Positions 38,806 to 49,576 of a stretch of DNA of 64,000 nt are shown one piece after another. A program made the position numbers and the translations under genes. The stretch is from contig CAZXUO010000003.1 of the NCBI GenBank assembly GCA_964643955.1, positions 19,865 through 83,864 of the forward strand, in the 5' to 3' direction. The first letter of the stretch is position 1. Each line of letters begins with the position of its first letter. Below the pieces are notes generated by a model, which was not told where the DNA came from, ran no database searches, and was given only the letters and a program-made list of their open reading frames with translations. The stretch is from an uncultured Candidatus Saccharibacteria bacterium. GTDB lineage: Bacteria; Patescibacteriota; Minisyncoccia; Phycocordibacterales; UBA918.

Positions 38806-39513
38806 ATGACAAAAACACTTATCATTGGCTTGGTAGTAGTTGCAGTGATTGCTCTCGGTGGATTCTTTTTGTGGACTCCCGCAGGAGCGCCTGAGACGAC
38901 TGATGAAGCGCGTCAAGAAGCGCAATCTGAAGCAATTACTGAAGAATCAAAAGTAGTAACTTCAGGAACGTACGTGGTCGTTCCTGAAGAAAGTGATGTG
39001 CGATGGGCAGGAAAGAAACCGCTTATCGATGGGTATGTAAATTCAGGCTCACTCGCACTCGAGAGCGGTTCAATCGTGGTGACTGAAACGACAGCAACTG
39101 GTGACTTTGTGATTGATATGAACACACTTTCTGTCTCACAGACGCCTACGAAACCAGGAAAAGAATCATCGCTTGAAGGACATTTGAAGGGTGAGAATTG
39201 GTTTAATGTCGCTGCGTTTCCTACCGCAACCTTCGATATTGTTGAAGTTTCTCCGCGCGCAGATAGCGGAACTGCATTTGTCTACAACGTCCGCGGCAAT
39301 CTCACGATGAAAGGGGAGACACATGAACTCTCATTTCCCGCACTGATTTACCTTGATGCAAATGGCGTGCTCCATGCAGATGCAACGCTTGAGTTTGATC
39401 GTACACTCTGGGGTATCACCGCAGGTTCAGGCTCGTTTTTCGACAATCTCGCAGATAACGCGATTGACGACATGGTTTCGCTCTCATTCAATCTTGTTGC
39501 TGAGAAGCAATAG
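38806..39513 (+). CDS. YceI family lipid/polyisoprenoid-binding protein
   Basis: LEGHLK..WF..FPTATF, GNLTMKG, DRTLWG. Confidence 0.88.
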   Translation: MTKTLIIGLVVVAVIALGGFFLWTPAGAPETTDEARQEAQSEAITEESKVVTSGTYVVVPEESDVRWAGKKPLIDGYVNSGSLALESGSIVVTETTATGDFVIDMNTLSVSQTPTKPGKESSLEGHLKGENWFNVAAFPTATFDIVEVSPRADSGTAFVYNVRGNLTMKGETHELSFPALIYLDANGVLHADATLEFDRTLWGITAGSGSFFDNLADNAIDDMVSLSFNLVAEKQ

Positions 39514-39518
39514 TAGAC

Positions 39519-41282
39519 ATGCACGCGCGTCTCTCACAAGGTGCCGCGTTCTGGATGCCGGCAGTAGTGGCCGTCTTACTCATACTCAGCTTTTTTGATG
39601 CGCCGTTCGTACTGTTATGCGCAATCGGACTCGGACTCATTCGAATTCTTTTTGAGTCGTATCGGGAAATCCGTGAGGGGAGATATGCGCTCGACTATAT
39701 CGCGCTGGTTGCGCTCGGCGTCTCAATCATTGCTGGAGAGTATCTTGCAGGTGCGCTTGTCGCGTTGATGTTTACGGGAGGAAAAGCGTTGGAGGATTTT
39801 GCATCACGTAAAGCGTATGCTGCACTGAAGTCGCTTAGCGAGACGATTCCTAAAACGGTCTTTGTTGAGCGTGGAGGAAAATTTGAGGAAGTGCCGTTGC
39901 AAGAAGTACGTGATGGTGAACATATACTCGTAAAGCAAGGGGAGCTCGTGCCGCTCGATGGTATTGTGCGTGCTCCTGCGCAGGGACTGTTTGATCTTGC
40001 AAATCTCACCGGTGAAGCAGGCGCGCAGTATTTTGCTGCCGGAACATTTGTAAAAAGCGGTGCGATAAACAGAGGCGAGACCGTTACACTACAGGTTGTT
40101 GGCACCTTTGCTTCATCGACGTATCACAAGATTGCCGAACTCGTAGCTCAAGCAAAGTCGCATCCTGCGCGCATGGTGCTGCTCTCTGCACGTGCGAATA
40201 TCTACTTCACGGTGATTACCTTTGTTATTGCCGGGATTGCATTTGTACTTGGTGATGGTGTGACGCGCGCACTTGCGGTGCTCGTCATTGCGACGCCGTG
40301 TCCACTCATCATCGCGGCACCAGTTGCGTTTATTGGCGGTATGTCGCGACTTGCACGTTCGGGCATCATTGTGAGAGTGCCGGCGGCGCTTGAGGGAATC
40401 GCGCAGTCCGACACGGTCTTCTTCGACAAGACCGGTACGCTCACACTCGGAGAGCCGGCTCTCACAAGAATAGAGATTTGTCAGACCACAATGTCAGAAG
40501 AAGAACTTTTGCGCATCGCGGCCGGTATTGAGATTCACTCACTCCACCCACTTGCACGAGCGATAGTAGCTGAAGCTGAGCGTCGTCAGATTACCTACCA
40601 GATCGCGGATGTTGCTGCGGAAAAGATTGGAAAGGGAATCTCGGGCAAAATCGGAGGAAAGACATACATCATCTCTGGAACTGACGAGGAATATCGAGGC
40701 ATTACGCTCGCACTTAAATCGAACGATACAATCCTCGCGCGTTTTCATTTTGCTGACGTGCTTAAGGATGGCGCTTTAGATTTTATTGGAGAGCTCAAGA
40801 AAAGCGGGGTGCGCACCGAGATCATTACAGGAGATACAAAAGAGAATGCGAACGAGATTTTCGGCAAGACGGCTCTCCTCGTCCACGCTGCAGCATCGCC
40901 TCAAGATAAACATCACTTTGTTGAGGAAGCGCATGCGCGCGGCGCTGTCGTAACAATGATCGGTGATGGACTCAATGATGCGCCTGCGCTCGCTCGAGCA
41001 GACGTCGGTGTTGTGTATTCGGGTACTGAGAATAGCGCCTCGATCGAGGCGGCTGACATCGCGATACTCGATCGGCGTATCGATCGAGTGCGAGAACTTT
41101 TTTCGGTCTCGCACCGGACTGTGTCTATTGCGCGACAAAGTATCTACGGGGGAATTGTGCTCTCAACGATCGGCATGATAGCTGCGGCGCTCGGATATAT
41201 TCCACCCGTTTACGGCGCCCTTCTTCAGGAGACTATTGATATTATTGTGATTCTCAATGCACTGCGTGTGCTGCGTGCCTAA
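39519..41282 (+). CDS. P1B-type heavy-metal ATPase (TPCP motif, P1B-5-like)
   Basis: LTGE, ATPCPL, DKTGT, HPLA, GDGLNDAP. Confidence 0.92.
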   Translation: MHARLSQGAAFWMPAVVAVLLILSFFDAPFVLLCAIGLGLIRILFESYREIREGRYALDYIALVALGVSIIAGEYLAGALVALMFTGGKALEDFASRKAYAALKSLSETIPKTVFVERGGKFEEVPLQEVRDGEHILVKQGELVPLDGIVRAPAQGLFDLANLTGEAGAQYFAAGTFVKSGAINRGETVTLQVVGTFASSTYHKIAELVAQAKSHPARMVLLSARANIYFTVITFVIAGIAFVLGDGVTRALAVLVIATPCPLIIAAPVAFIGGMSRLARSGIIVRVPAALEGIAQSDTVFFDKTGTLTLGEPALTRIEICQTTMSEEELLRIAAGIEIHSLHPLARAIVAEAERRQITYQIADVAAEKIGKGISGKIGGKTYIISGTDEEYRGITLALKSNDTILARFHFADVLKDGALDFIGELKKSGVRTEIITGDTKENANEIFGKTALLVHAAASPQDKHHFVEEAHARGAVVTMIGDGLNDAPALARADVGVVYSGTENSASIEAADIAILDRRIDRVRELFSVSHRTVSIARQSIYGGIVLSTIGMIAAALGYIPPVYGALLQETIDIIVILNALRVLRA

Positions 41283-41382
41283 TCTTCATCTTTTGTTCAT
41301 GAGGTTTTTGTCATGATGTGTATGTCGAGCGGTGTGGCCACTTTTATGCGTAATGCCACATATACGCGCGCACATAAAAAAT

Positions 41383-41703
41383 ATGAACAACAGCACCGTA
41401 ATGTATCGATGGTTGGCGGTAGTGCTCGCAATCGCTTTAGTGTGTGTGGTAGTGCTCTGGATTAATGCAAAAAATGATCTTGGCAACGTCACCGAAGATT
41501 TTCAGGGTGGTGTTGCGGAGTATCGTGCAGAAATTGCTGAAAAATGTACATTCACCGCAACTACTACGCAGGCAGAGCGTCGCGAGTGTGAAGAACTGCT
41601 TGAAGAATTCTCAGATGTCTTGCGTGATTACCGTGATGTCTTTATTGATATGACAGGTACATCAACGGCACCTGTTGCAACAACGACCGAGATTGAAGGG
41701 TAA
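41383..41703 (+). CDS. Small membrane-anchored hypothetical protein
   Basis: N-terminal TM, helical, two Cys. Confidence 0.6.
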   Translation: MNNSTVMYRWLAVVLAIALVCVVVLWINAKNDLGNVTEDFQGGVAEYRAEIAEKCTFTATTTQAERRECEELLEEFSDVLRDYRDVFIDMTGTSTAPVATTTEIEG

Positions 41704-41739
41704 TAGGGAGTATTATGAGATTATGTTGACATAAATACC

Positions 41740-41943
41740 ATGATTACATCAAGTGAGATGCAGCGGTACTTGGAAGGTATTGAGTATCCGACCAGTAAAG
41801 CGCAGATCATAGAAGTTGCGCGCATGCAGGGTGCGCCCGATAGCGTTGTCGAAATTCTTGAACATGTGCGTGATGGTGAATATTTTAGCCTCCCTGATCT
41901 TATGGGTGAACTTGAGGAGGAAGAGAATGAATCAGAGGGGTAG
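41740..41943 (+). CDS. DUF2795 family protein
   Basis: YLEGIEYPTSKAQIIEVARMQGA. Confidence 0.8.
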   Translation: MITSSEMQRYLEGIEYPTSKAQIIEVARMQGAPDSVVEILEHVRDGEYFSLPDLMGELEEEENESEG

Positions 41944-41977
41944 ACCATTGTAGCTATCAACTAGAAGAAAAAACTCT

Positions 41978-42235
41978 ATGAACATTCTATTGTGGATTAT
42001 ATTTGGTGGAGCAGCAGGATGGGTGGCGAGCCTCATTGTGGGGACGGATGAGCGCATGGGGCTTATTGCTAATATCGTAATTGGTATTATCGGCGCGTTT
42101 ATTGGAGGCTGGCTTTCACATAGCCTCGGTATGGATCCCGATAGCAACCCTGAACGACCTACGTCGTTCTTCAGTTTTGTGTGGGCAGTCGCTGGCGCAG
42201 CGATCCTTCTCATCGGCCTCAACCTTATTTTGTAG
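41978..42235 (+). CDS. GlsB/YeaQ/YmgE transglycosylase-associated protein
   Basis: IIFGGAAGWVAS...NIVIGIIGAFIGG. Confidence 0.9.
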   Translation: MNILLWIIFGGAAGWVASLIVGTDERMGLIANIVIGIIGAFIGGWLSHSLGMDPDSNPERPTSFFSFVWAVAGAAILLIGLNLIL

Positions 42236-42244
42236 AAGCGATAT

Positions 42245-43360
42245 TCACTTCGCTTTCTTTGAAAAGTTGAACGCAATGTGCGCTGGGGACGTTAGTTCCT
42301 CGGCGCCATTTGCTTCTGGCTTGATTGGTAGGGAGAGGGTAAACGTCGTGCCTGATCCTTCAGAACTCTCGACCTCGATCGCACCTTTGTGAAGCTTGAT
42401 AATTTCAAATACCACCGCGAGCCCGATACCGGTGCCCGACAATTTTCCTGTTTTCTCTGATCGGTAGAATGGTTCAAAGATATGCGGGAGGTCCTTTTGC
42501 GGTATGCCAATACCAGTGTCAGCAACACTCACAGAGATGGCAGTGCTTGTCTTGCCGGAATAGGTGAAAAGTACTTTGCCACCTTTTGGTGTGTACGAGA
42601 TCGCATTTTTTATGAGATTGAAGAATACTTGCTCGAGCGCGGTTTTGTTGCCGATGATTGGCGGTATGTGTGTTGAGGTGATTGAGATCGTAACCTCTTT
42701 CTTTTCGGCAAGCTCTGAAAGCTGTGCGGCAACTGAGAGAGCGATTGCGCGTACGTCTACTTCTTCAAATCGTAAGGAGTCGGCTGAGACCATGCGTTCA
42801 AAGAGGAGGAGATTATTGAGAATCTCATTGATCTTGTCGATATCCGCGATATTTTCTTCAAACGTTGTGGTTGCTGCGGTGTTTGCCTCTGCCTCAGCAT
42901 CGAAGCGCGCTATTTCGTTGTTCATGCGGAGGATACTGAGTGGCGTGCGAAGCTCGTGAGCGATGCCCGAGATGAAGCGCTTTTGCATTTCAAAGGCGTG
43001 GCGAATAGGGCCAAGTGCAAGTCGAGATACGGTAAAGCCAGTGAGGATTGCCAAAAGTATCACGAGTGCAATGGTACTGTATGTTGCGACCTCTGCTCCT
43101 CGACTTGATTCTGCAATGATCGACGGATCATTTACTCCACTTGCAACCGCGAGAAGAAGTGATTCAATCACACCCGTCATGAGGACGCGCTTGATATGCC
43201 AGAGTAAAGTAATAAAGCCTGCAGCAGTAATCGCCACGAAGATCGTCAAGGATATGAGTATCTTGACGCGCGTCGAAAAAAATATGTCGTGCTTAAACTT
43301 ATGCCGCAAAGCGGTAACCAACCCCACTGACTGTTTCAATATAGTCATCACCGTATTCAT
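42245..43360 (-). CDS. Sensor histidine kinase
   Basis: AHELRTP, NLIKNA, DTGIG, GTGIGL. Confidence 0.92.
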   Translation of the reverse strand: MNTVMTILKQSVGLVTALRHKFKHDIFFSTRVKILISLTIFVAITAAGFITLLWHIKRVLMTGVIESLLLAVASGVNDPSIIAESSRGAEVATYSTIALVILLAILTGFTVSRLALGPIRHAFEMQKRFISGIAHELRTPLSILRMNNEIARFDAEAEANTAATTTFEENIADIDKINEILNNLLLFERMVSADSLRFEEVDVRAIALSVAAQLSELAEKKEVTISITSTHIPPIIGNKTALEQVFFNLIKNAISYTPKGGKVLFTYSGKTSTAISVSVADTGIGIPQKDLPHIFEPFYRSEKTGKLSGTGIGLAVVFEIIKLHKGAIEVESSEGSGTTFTLSLPIKPEANGAEELTSPAHIAFNFSKKAK

Positions 43361-43976
43361 TTTTACCTAGCTTTTTTCGTAAATTCTTTACGTGCACATC
43401 GACCACGTTACTAAATGAGTTGAAATTGAAATCCCATACATGGTCGAGTATGTGTTCGCGATCGAGGACTTTGTCAGGATTTCGCATAAAGAACTCAAGC
43501 AGTGCGAACTCTTTGACGGTCAGTGGCACCTCGTTCTCGCCACGGTACACCTTGTGTTTTGCAACATCAAGTCGAAGATCATGCGTACGGAGCTCTGAAG
43601 GATAGTGCGTATCAGGGCGGCGCAGGAGCGCATGGCCACGTGCGATAAGTTCAGCGATCGCAAATGGTTTTGTCATATAGTCGTCTGCACCAGCATTGAG
43701 GAGACTCACTTTGTCAGCAGTTTGGTCCTTTGCGGTGAGGATAAGGATAGGTACATTTACACCATGTTCACGCACTGAGGTGCAGATTGCGAGTCCATCA
43801 GCACCGGGGAGCATGAGGTCGAGGATGACGAGGTCGTATACCGAATGGTGGATCAAGAGATGTTCGCGCGCCTCGATGCCGTCATGTCGCGCATCAACTG
43901 CAAATCCATGCTGCTCAAGGCCGCGTTTTAAAGCGTTTGCAAGGCGACGTTCATCTTCTACGATGAGTACTCTCAT
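43299..43976 (-). CDS. OmpR family response regulator
   Basis: VEDE, LDLMLP, KPF, VVDVHVKNLRKKL. Confidence 0.95.
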   Translation of the reverse strand: MRVLIVEDERRLANALKRGLEQHGFAVDARHDGIEAREHLLIHHSVYDLVILDLMLPGADGLAICTSVREHGVNVPILILTAKDQTADKVSLLNAGADDYMTKPFAIAELIARGHALLRRPDTHYPSELRTHDLRLDVAKHKVYRGENEVPLTVKEFALLEFFMRNPDKVLDREHILDHVWDFNFNSFSNVVDVHVKNLRKKLGKNEYGDDYIETVSGVGYRFAA

Positions 43977-44077
43977 AGCGTATATGTTGAATTAGTCTAA
44001 CAAAAAGCGGCGTCAATCTCACGGTACGCCTTTTGGTATGAAGAGTTCATGAAGAATACTTCATGTACCGAGATATG

Positions 44078-44119
44078 GCCGGAGGCCGTGCTCCCATACA
44101 GGTATGCACGGCCTCCGGC
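44078..44119. terminator. 14-bp GC stem hairpin
   Basis: GCCGGAGGCCGTGC...GCACGGCCTCCGGC. Confidence 0.55.
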
Positions 44120-44383
44120 GATCACGTCTTGTAGCTATCTGCTGATGGCAGATGAAGTTTTTCTTGCATGGGCGGATGCAAAAAATTATCTACCGTTAAA
44201 TAACACAACACACAATGTCGCATGCCAACTCCAAAAGAACGCGCGACTCCATACACTCTACGCGCATTGTGATGAAATCCGTATGAACGAGGAATGTACA
44301 CTTCGGTCCCGCTCGCGTGTGGTATTTTTAGGGTGTAAGTACCGGGAGATTGTTCCGTCTCAGTAAAGGTATACTTCTTATAT

Positions 44384-45580
44384 ATGGTTATTTCTCGTTT
44401 CCTCAGTAATACAGCTGTCGTAGGGCTCTGTGCCCTTATCTTCTTCGGAGTACCGTATGCAGCATCTGCGGCAGGCGATCTTGAGGTTTCAGGATGGATT
44501 CCGTATTGGAGCGGTACTGACGGTATCCATGATGCAGAAAAGCGTCTCTCGGTACTTGATGAAATCCACCCATTCTCTTTTTCAGTAAAGAGCGATGGCA
44601 CACTACTCGATCTCCTCGGTCTTGATAAAAGTGCATGGAAGCGCCTCATTAGAAAAGCAGAAGCGAAAGATGTGCTTGTGACGCCGACGGTGATGACGAG
44701 CGATGGTGCGATGCTCCATGCGCTCTTGAGTGATCCTCTGCGTCGTACTGCGCACGTTGCTTCTATTGCGCGTATGGTTGAAGAGGGAGGATATGACGGC
44801 GTCAATATAGACTATGAAGCAAAGCGTTCGGAGACAAAAGATTTTTTCTCACTTTTCTTAAAAGAGCTTAAAGTCGCACTTGGTAATAAACGACTGAGCT
44901 GTGCGGTAGAAGCACGCACGCCACCCGACTCACTCTACCGTACGCCGCCAGCAGTCATCGAGTATGCAAACGATTATGCAGAGATAGGCGCACACTGTGA
45001 TCGTGTGCAGATTATGGCATACGACCAGCAGCGTGCTGATATAAAACTCAACGACGCGCGCCGCGGCGCACCGTACATGCCGGTGTCTGATACTGAGTGG
45101 GTGCGGAAAGTCGTTGCACTTGCAGTACAAAACATTCCGAAAGAAAAACTCGTGCTCGGCATCCCGACCTATGGATATGAATACGAGGTGACAGTGTCAC
45201 CTGATTGGTACCAAAACTACACGCGCGTACGCGCACTCAATCCGGGTGATGCAAAATCACTTGCACGAAAGAAAAAAGTCTCAGCAACGCGAAATGCTGC
45301 GGGTGAGATGAGCTTTACGTACGCAACTACCTTTACCGATAAGAGTGTGAAGTCATATAAAGTCCCGCGCGACACGACAAAAGGAAATACGGTTGCGGCG
45401 CAAGCACTTGCGTATGCAAACAAAACCGGAAAGACGACGTACTTCAATATCGTTTCGTGGAGCGATGCTGAGTCAATAGAGGCAAAAGTTGATCTCGCAG
45501 AAGAATTTGATCTCCGTGGCGTTGCCATCTTTAAGATTGATGGGGAAGAAGATGCGAAGTTGTGGAGCATTTTCCGCTAG
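44384..45580 (+). CDS. GH18 glycoside hydrolase, secreted
   Basis: YDGVNIDYE, IMAYD, LGIPTYG. Confidence 0.88.
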   Translation: MVISRFLSNTAVVGLCALIFFGVPYAASAAGDLEVSGWIPYWSGTDGIHDAEKRLSVLDEIHPFSFSVKSDGTLLDLLGLDKSAWKRLIRKAEAKDVLVTPTVMTSDGAMLHALLSDPLRRTAHVASIARMVEEGGYDGVNIDYEAKRSETKDFFSLFLKELKVALGNKRLSCAVEARTPPDSLYRTPPAVIEYANDYAEIGAHCDRVQIMAYDQQRADIKLNDARRGAPYMPVSDTEWVRKVVALAVQNIPKEKLVLGIPTYGYEYEVTVSPDWYQNYTRVRALNPGDAKSLARKKKVSATRNAAGEMSFTYATTFTDKSVKSYKVPRDTTKGNTVAAQALAYANKTGKTTYFNIVSWSDAESIEAKVDLAEEFDLRGVAIFKIDGEEDAKLWSIFR

Positions 45581-45610
45581 TTAGAGCAGTGCTCGTTGTA
45601 TACTTTGTGT

Positions 45611-46024
45611 ATGACACTCATACAATATGTGTACGTGTACCTCGTATCCGTACCCGTCTTTTTTGCGATCGACATGGTGTGGCTTGGGTTGGTTGCAAAG
45701 AATTTTTATCAGGGACGGCTTGGACATTTGCTTTCAGAAACAGTCAATTGGCCCGTTGCCATTAGCTTTTATCTTTTGTTCCTCGTCGGACTTTTGATTT
45801 TTGCTATTGCTCCGGCGCTTGCGGCAGGAGATAGTCAGCGCGCACTCATATATGGTGCGCTCTTTGGCTTCTTTACTTATGCAACATACGACCTCACCAA
45901 CTGGTCGACCCTCCGTGATTGGCCTGCATCGGTCGCTCTTGTCGATATGTTGTGGGGTACGGTGCTCTCTGCATCGGTCGCATACCTCACGTATCTTATT
46001 GCAAGTTCGCTCATCGTCCGCTAA
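45611..46024 (+). CDS. DUF2177 membrane protein
   Basis: IDMVWLG, YATYDLTN, DMLWG. Confidence 0.85.
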   Translation: MTLIQYVYVYLVSVPVFFAIDMVWLGLVAKNFYQGRLGHLLSETVNWPVAISFYLLFLVGLLIFAIAPALAAGDSQRALIYGALFGFFTYATYDLTNWSTLRDWPASVALVDMLWGTVLSASVAYLTYLIASSLIVR

Positions 46025-46026
46025 GT

Positions 46027-46800
46027 ATGGATATACTTCTTTTTGGACTTGCTGCGCTCGGCATCTACATGAGCTTTCTCTTTGTGTGTGCGCTCATCGG
46101 TAAGAATAATGGTATTGCGGATGTGGGGTATGGAGTTGCGTTTATGGTGCTCGTGGCGACGGTCTGGTGGTGTGCGCCAAACGTAAGTGAGTATGCGCTC
46201 ATACTCGCGGCGCTGCCATTTATATGGGGTGTGCGATTGGCATTTCGCATTGGTCGAAAGAATTGGGGGAAACCTGAGGATTTTCGATATCGCGCATGGC
46301 GCGAGGCATGGGGACGTACTTTTGTCGTGCGGAGTTTTCTCCAGATTTACATGCTGCAAGGTCTCGTCGTGTTTGTCGTTGCGCTACCAGTGACGCTCGC
46401 ACTCGTGTTTCCAGCTCTGATCGTCAATCCACAGATCTTTTTTCTCGGCATCGGGCTGTGGATCGTTGGCTTTCTTTTTGAATCAGTTGCAGATCTCCAG
46501 CTTGATCGCTTCATTCGAAATCCTGAGAATAAGGGAAAGATCATGATGAGCGGTCTTTGGCGCTATTCTCGTCATCCAAATTATTTTGGAGAGAGCATGA
46601 TGTGGTGGGGAATTGCGATTGCTGCTTCAGGTATCTCGGCGCTCCCACTGCTCGGCTTTGTGAGTCCACTACTCATCACATACCTCCTCCTCTTTGTATC
46701 GGGCGTGCCACTCCTTGAAAAGCGTTGGGAAGGAAATCCTGAATGGGATGCATATAAAGCGCGTACGTCGGTGTTTATTCCACTACCGGTGAAAAAGTAG
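46027..46800 (+). CDS. DUF1295 (steroid 5-alpha-reductase-like) membrane protein
   Basis: EDFRY, ADLQL, SRHPNYFGE. Confidence 0.88.
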   Translation: MDILLFGLAALGIYMSFLFVCALIGKNNGIADVGYGVAFMVLVATVWWCAPNVSEYALILAALPFIWGVRLAFRIGRKNWGKPEDFRYRAWREAWGRTFVVRSFLQIYMLQGLVVFVVALPVTLALVFPALIVNPQIFFLGIGLWIVGFLFESVADLQLDRFIRNPENKGKIMMSGLWRYSRHPNYFGESMMWWGIAIAASGISALPLLGFVSPLLITYLLLFVSGVPLLEKRWEGNPEWDAYKARTSVFIPLPVKK

Positions 46801-46862
46801 GAAGCGTATAGCGGAGGTTTGGTATACTGGAGCGTGCTTTATTTACCTGTGTATTTTTCTGT

Positions 46863-47732
46863 ATGAATAAAATCATTGTTGCTGTGTTTCTACTCGTCAT
46901 CCTCGCGGTCGCTGCCGGCGGTATTGTCTTTTTTCTAAAATATAAAAAAGAAGAACCGGTCGTAGTCGAGACAATAGATACGCAGACAATACCGGAGACA
47001 GATATTCAGGCAGTCTTTTCGTGCGCGGAAGGCAAAATGATCATTGCTGATTTTTCTGATCGACAGGTGACGCTGACACTCAGTGATAAGCGCGCATATA
47101 CACTTCCGCAGACCATTTCAGCATCAGGCGCGCGCTATGCAGATGAAGGAGAGACCATCGTATTTTGGAATAAAGGAAATACAGCGTTTATTCAAGAAGA
47201 CGGCACTGAGACATTTAGAGATTGCGTCGCATCAGAAACACCTGCGGTAGGTACCGCATTGTACGGATCGGAGGCACATGGCATCTCATTTGCATACCCG
47301 ACTGCGTACTACCTTCGTGAGACTGAGGCGGGTACTCCGGAGCTGCCGCAAGGATCGATTGTACTTGTCGAAGATACACAAGAGAATCGTGATCTGATCG
47401 ACGGTGTATCTACCGAGCCGCGTGAGGGTCCGACCAGCATCACTATCGATGTGTATGAAAACCTTGATCAACTTTCTGCGATTTCATGGGCAGAGCGCGA
47501 TACAAATTGGACAATCTCAAGTCGCGCAACAACAACGATCTCGGTCGGTGGATTTGAAGGCATTTCAGTTCCATGGGATGGATTGTACGCAGGCAAGACT
47601 CTCGTAGTCGCAGCAGGCGATAAAGCGTATGTATTTTCAGTGACATGGATGACCGCAGAAGATCGTATCCTCGCTGATTTTGAAGCATTACTTGAAACGG
47701 TTGGATTCTCCGCGCCGGTGCCCGTCATGTAG
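46863..47732 (+). CDS. MliC-domain lysozyme-inhibitor-like protein with a PsbP-like C-terminal domain
   Basis: LPQTISASGARY...FWNKG. Confidence 0.8.
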   Translation: MNKIIVAVFLLVILAVAAGGIVFFLKYKKEEPVVVETIDTQTIPETDIQAVFSCAEGKMIIADFSDRQVTLTLSDKRAYTLPQTISASGARYADEGETIVFWNKGNTAFIQEDGTETFRDCVASETPAVGTALYGSEAHGISFAYPTAYYLRETEAGTPELPQGSIVLVEDTQENRDLIDGVSTEPREGPTSITIDVYENLDQLSAISWAERDTNWTISSRATTTISVGGFEGISVPWDGLYAGKTLVVAAGDKAYVFSVTWMTAEDRILADFEALLETVGFSAPVPVM

Positions 47733-47761
47733 TCTTCATGTATGCGTGCTATAGTGCGCAT

Positions 47762-48142
47762 ATGAAATCATTCTTCACAATATTTTTTGTGGTGCTCGGA
47801 GTCATCTTTTTGATGATCATTATTGCGACGACTCTATTTGTGATTCTTGATCCCTTCGGATTGCGTGCGGCATTTTTTAGCACAAACGAGTCCGGAACAT
47901 CTGCAGGTGTGACATCTGAGAATGGAGGTGTCGTTGAGGATAAAAATCCAGTATTGTCGCCGGCACAAGAACAAGCACTCGAGACCTTTGGTATAGATCC
48001 TGCGCGCGTGCCGTCAGAGATTACTCCGGAGCAAGAAGCATGTTTCGTTGCTCGTCTGGGTGAAGCGCGGGTAGCAGAAATCAAAGCAGGCGCGACGCCG
48101 ACCTCTGCAGAGTTTTTCAAGGCACGCGACTGCATTGAGTAG
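47762..48142 (+). CDS. Membrane-anchored hypothetical protein
   Basis: TM followed by ITPEQEACF..LGEARV. Confidence 0.7.
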   Translation: MKSFFTIFFVVLGVIFLMIIIATTLFVILDPFGLRAAFFSTNESGTSAGVTSENGGVVEDKNPVLSPAQEQALETFGIDPARVPSEITPEQEACFVARLGEARVAEIKAGATPTSAEFFKARDCIE

Positions 48143-48187
48143 TAGAGAGGTGCTACGATAGAAGTATTATCGGATAATTTCATCACT

Positions 48188-48250
48188 ATGGCAGAGCGAC
48201 AAATGTACCGAAAGGAGAAGAAAAAGCCAAAGAAAGATAAGAAGAAGTAA
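48188..48250 (+). CDS. 20-aa Lys-rich small protein MAERQMYRKEKKKPKKDKKK
   Basis: Standalone ORF with upstream GATAAT and a downstream hairpin at 48252-48278. Confidence 0.55.
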   Translation: MAERQMYRKEKKKPKKDKKK

Positions 48251-48324
48251 TACATGCGCGCCCTCTGGGCGCGCATGTTTGTCCTCGACACGCGACTGTG
48301 CGCAGTGTATTGTCGAGTGATTCT

Positions 48325-49575
48325 ATGAAGAAACAACAGACACATCATTTTGATGTCATTGTGATCGGCGGCGGAGCCTCGGGCCTCATGGCTGCGGGGC
48401 GTGCTGCAGAACGCGGCCGCCGCGTACTCATCCTTGAGAAAAACGCGCAGGTGGGCGAGAAGCTCAAGATCACGGGCGGCGGCCGCTGCAACATCACGAA
48501 CGCCGAGATGGATACGCGAGCATTGCTTCCACACTACGGTGATGCGGAGCAGTTTCTATACTCTCCATTTTCACAATTTGGCGTGAAGGAGACATTCTCT
48601 TTTTTTGAGGAGCTCAAGCTTCCGATTGTTGTACAGAGCCGTAAGCGCGCATTCCCAGAAACCGAAAAGGCACCCGATGTTGTGCGTGCACTCGAGCGAT
48701 ACTTGCGAAAGGGCAAGGTGACCGTGCGGACAAATGCAAAAGTCACGCGCTTTGTGCGCAGTGATGCGCGTATTACGGGCGTTGTTGCTGACGGCGTTAC
48801 CTACACGGCCGAATCATACATTCTTGCGACCGGTGGGCTTTCGCATCCTGAGACGGGATCAACCGGTGATGGTTTTCGATACCTGGCGAAGCTCGGTCAC
48901 ACCGTCGTGAAGCCGACGCCGACGATTGTGCCGCTTGCAGTTGCCGATGCGTGGGTAAAGTCGCTCGCGGGTACCTCGATCTCGTTTATGAAGATCACGT
49001 TTCGTGGCGAAGATGGAAAGAAACTCGTAAAGAAAGGAAAGGTACTCTTTACTCACTTCGGACTTTCCGGTCCGTTGATCCTCAATGCGGCGGGTGCCGT
49101 CGGCGACATGCTCCACGCAGGTAGTGTGACTGCGTCGATTGATGTGTATCCTGATACCGACGAGGGCTCGCTCGAACGAAAAGTAATGGCGGCATTTGAT
49201 GCAAACAAAAACAAGATGTTTAAAAATGTTTTTAGTGAGATTGCTCCACGTGGTACGACCGATGCACTTCTCACCTTATTGCCAGCTATTGATCCAATGA
49301 CGGAGATCAACAGCATCACGAAAGAACAGCGTAAGGCTATTGTTTCGCTTCTTAAAAATCTTCCGATTACGGTGACGGGTCTTATGGGCTTTGATCGCGC
49401 GGTTGTTGCTGATGGTGGTATTCCACTTACTGAGGTCGATACGCGCACGATGCGTTCACAGAAATTTGAGAATCTTTTCCTCACCGGCGACCTCCTCCAT
49501 ATCACACGACCTTCAGGCGGTTACTCGCTCCAGCTCTGCTGGACGACCGGCTTCGTCGCAGGAAGTAACGCGTAG
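48325..49575 (+). CDS. HI0933/BaiN family flavoprotein
   Basis: GGGASG, ITGGGRCNITN, TGSTGDG, THFGLSGP, GGYSLQ. Confidence 0.92.
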   Translation: MKKQQTHHFDVIVIGGGASGLMAAGRAAERGRRVLILEKNAQVGEKLKITGGGRCNITNAEMDTRALLPHYGDAEQFLYSPFSQFGVKETFSFFEELKLPIVVQSRKRAFPETEKAPDVVRALERYLRKGKVTVRTNAKVTRFVRSDARITGVVADGVTYTAESYILATGGLSHPETGSTGDGFRYLAKLGHTVVKPTPTIVPLAVADAWVKSLAGTSISFMKITFRGEDGKKLVKKGKVLFTHFGLSGPLILNAAGAVGDMLHAGSVTASIDVYPDTDEGSLERKVMAAFDANKNKMFKNVFSEIAPRGTTDALLTLLPAIDPMTEINSITKEQRKAIVSLLKNLPITVTGLMGFDRAVVADGGIPLTEVDTRTMRSQKFENLFLTGDLLHITRPSGGYSLQLCWTTGFVAGSNA

Positions 49576-49576
49576 C

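Noticed and set aside
44049-44366. 105-aa plus-strand ORF
   Set aside because: Crosses a strong hairpin; no recognisable motif or start signal
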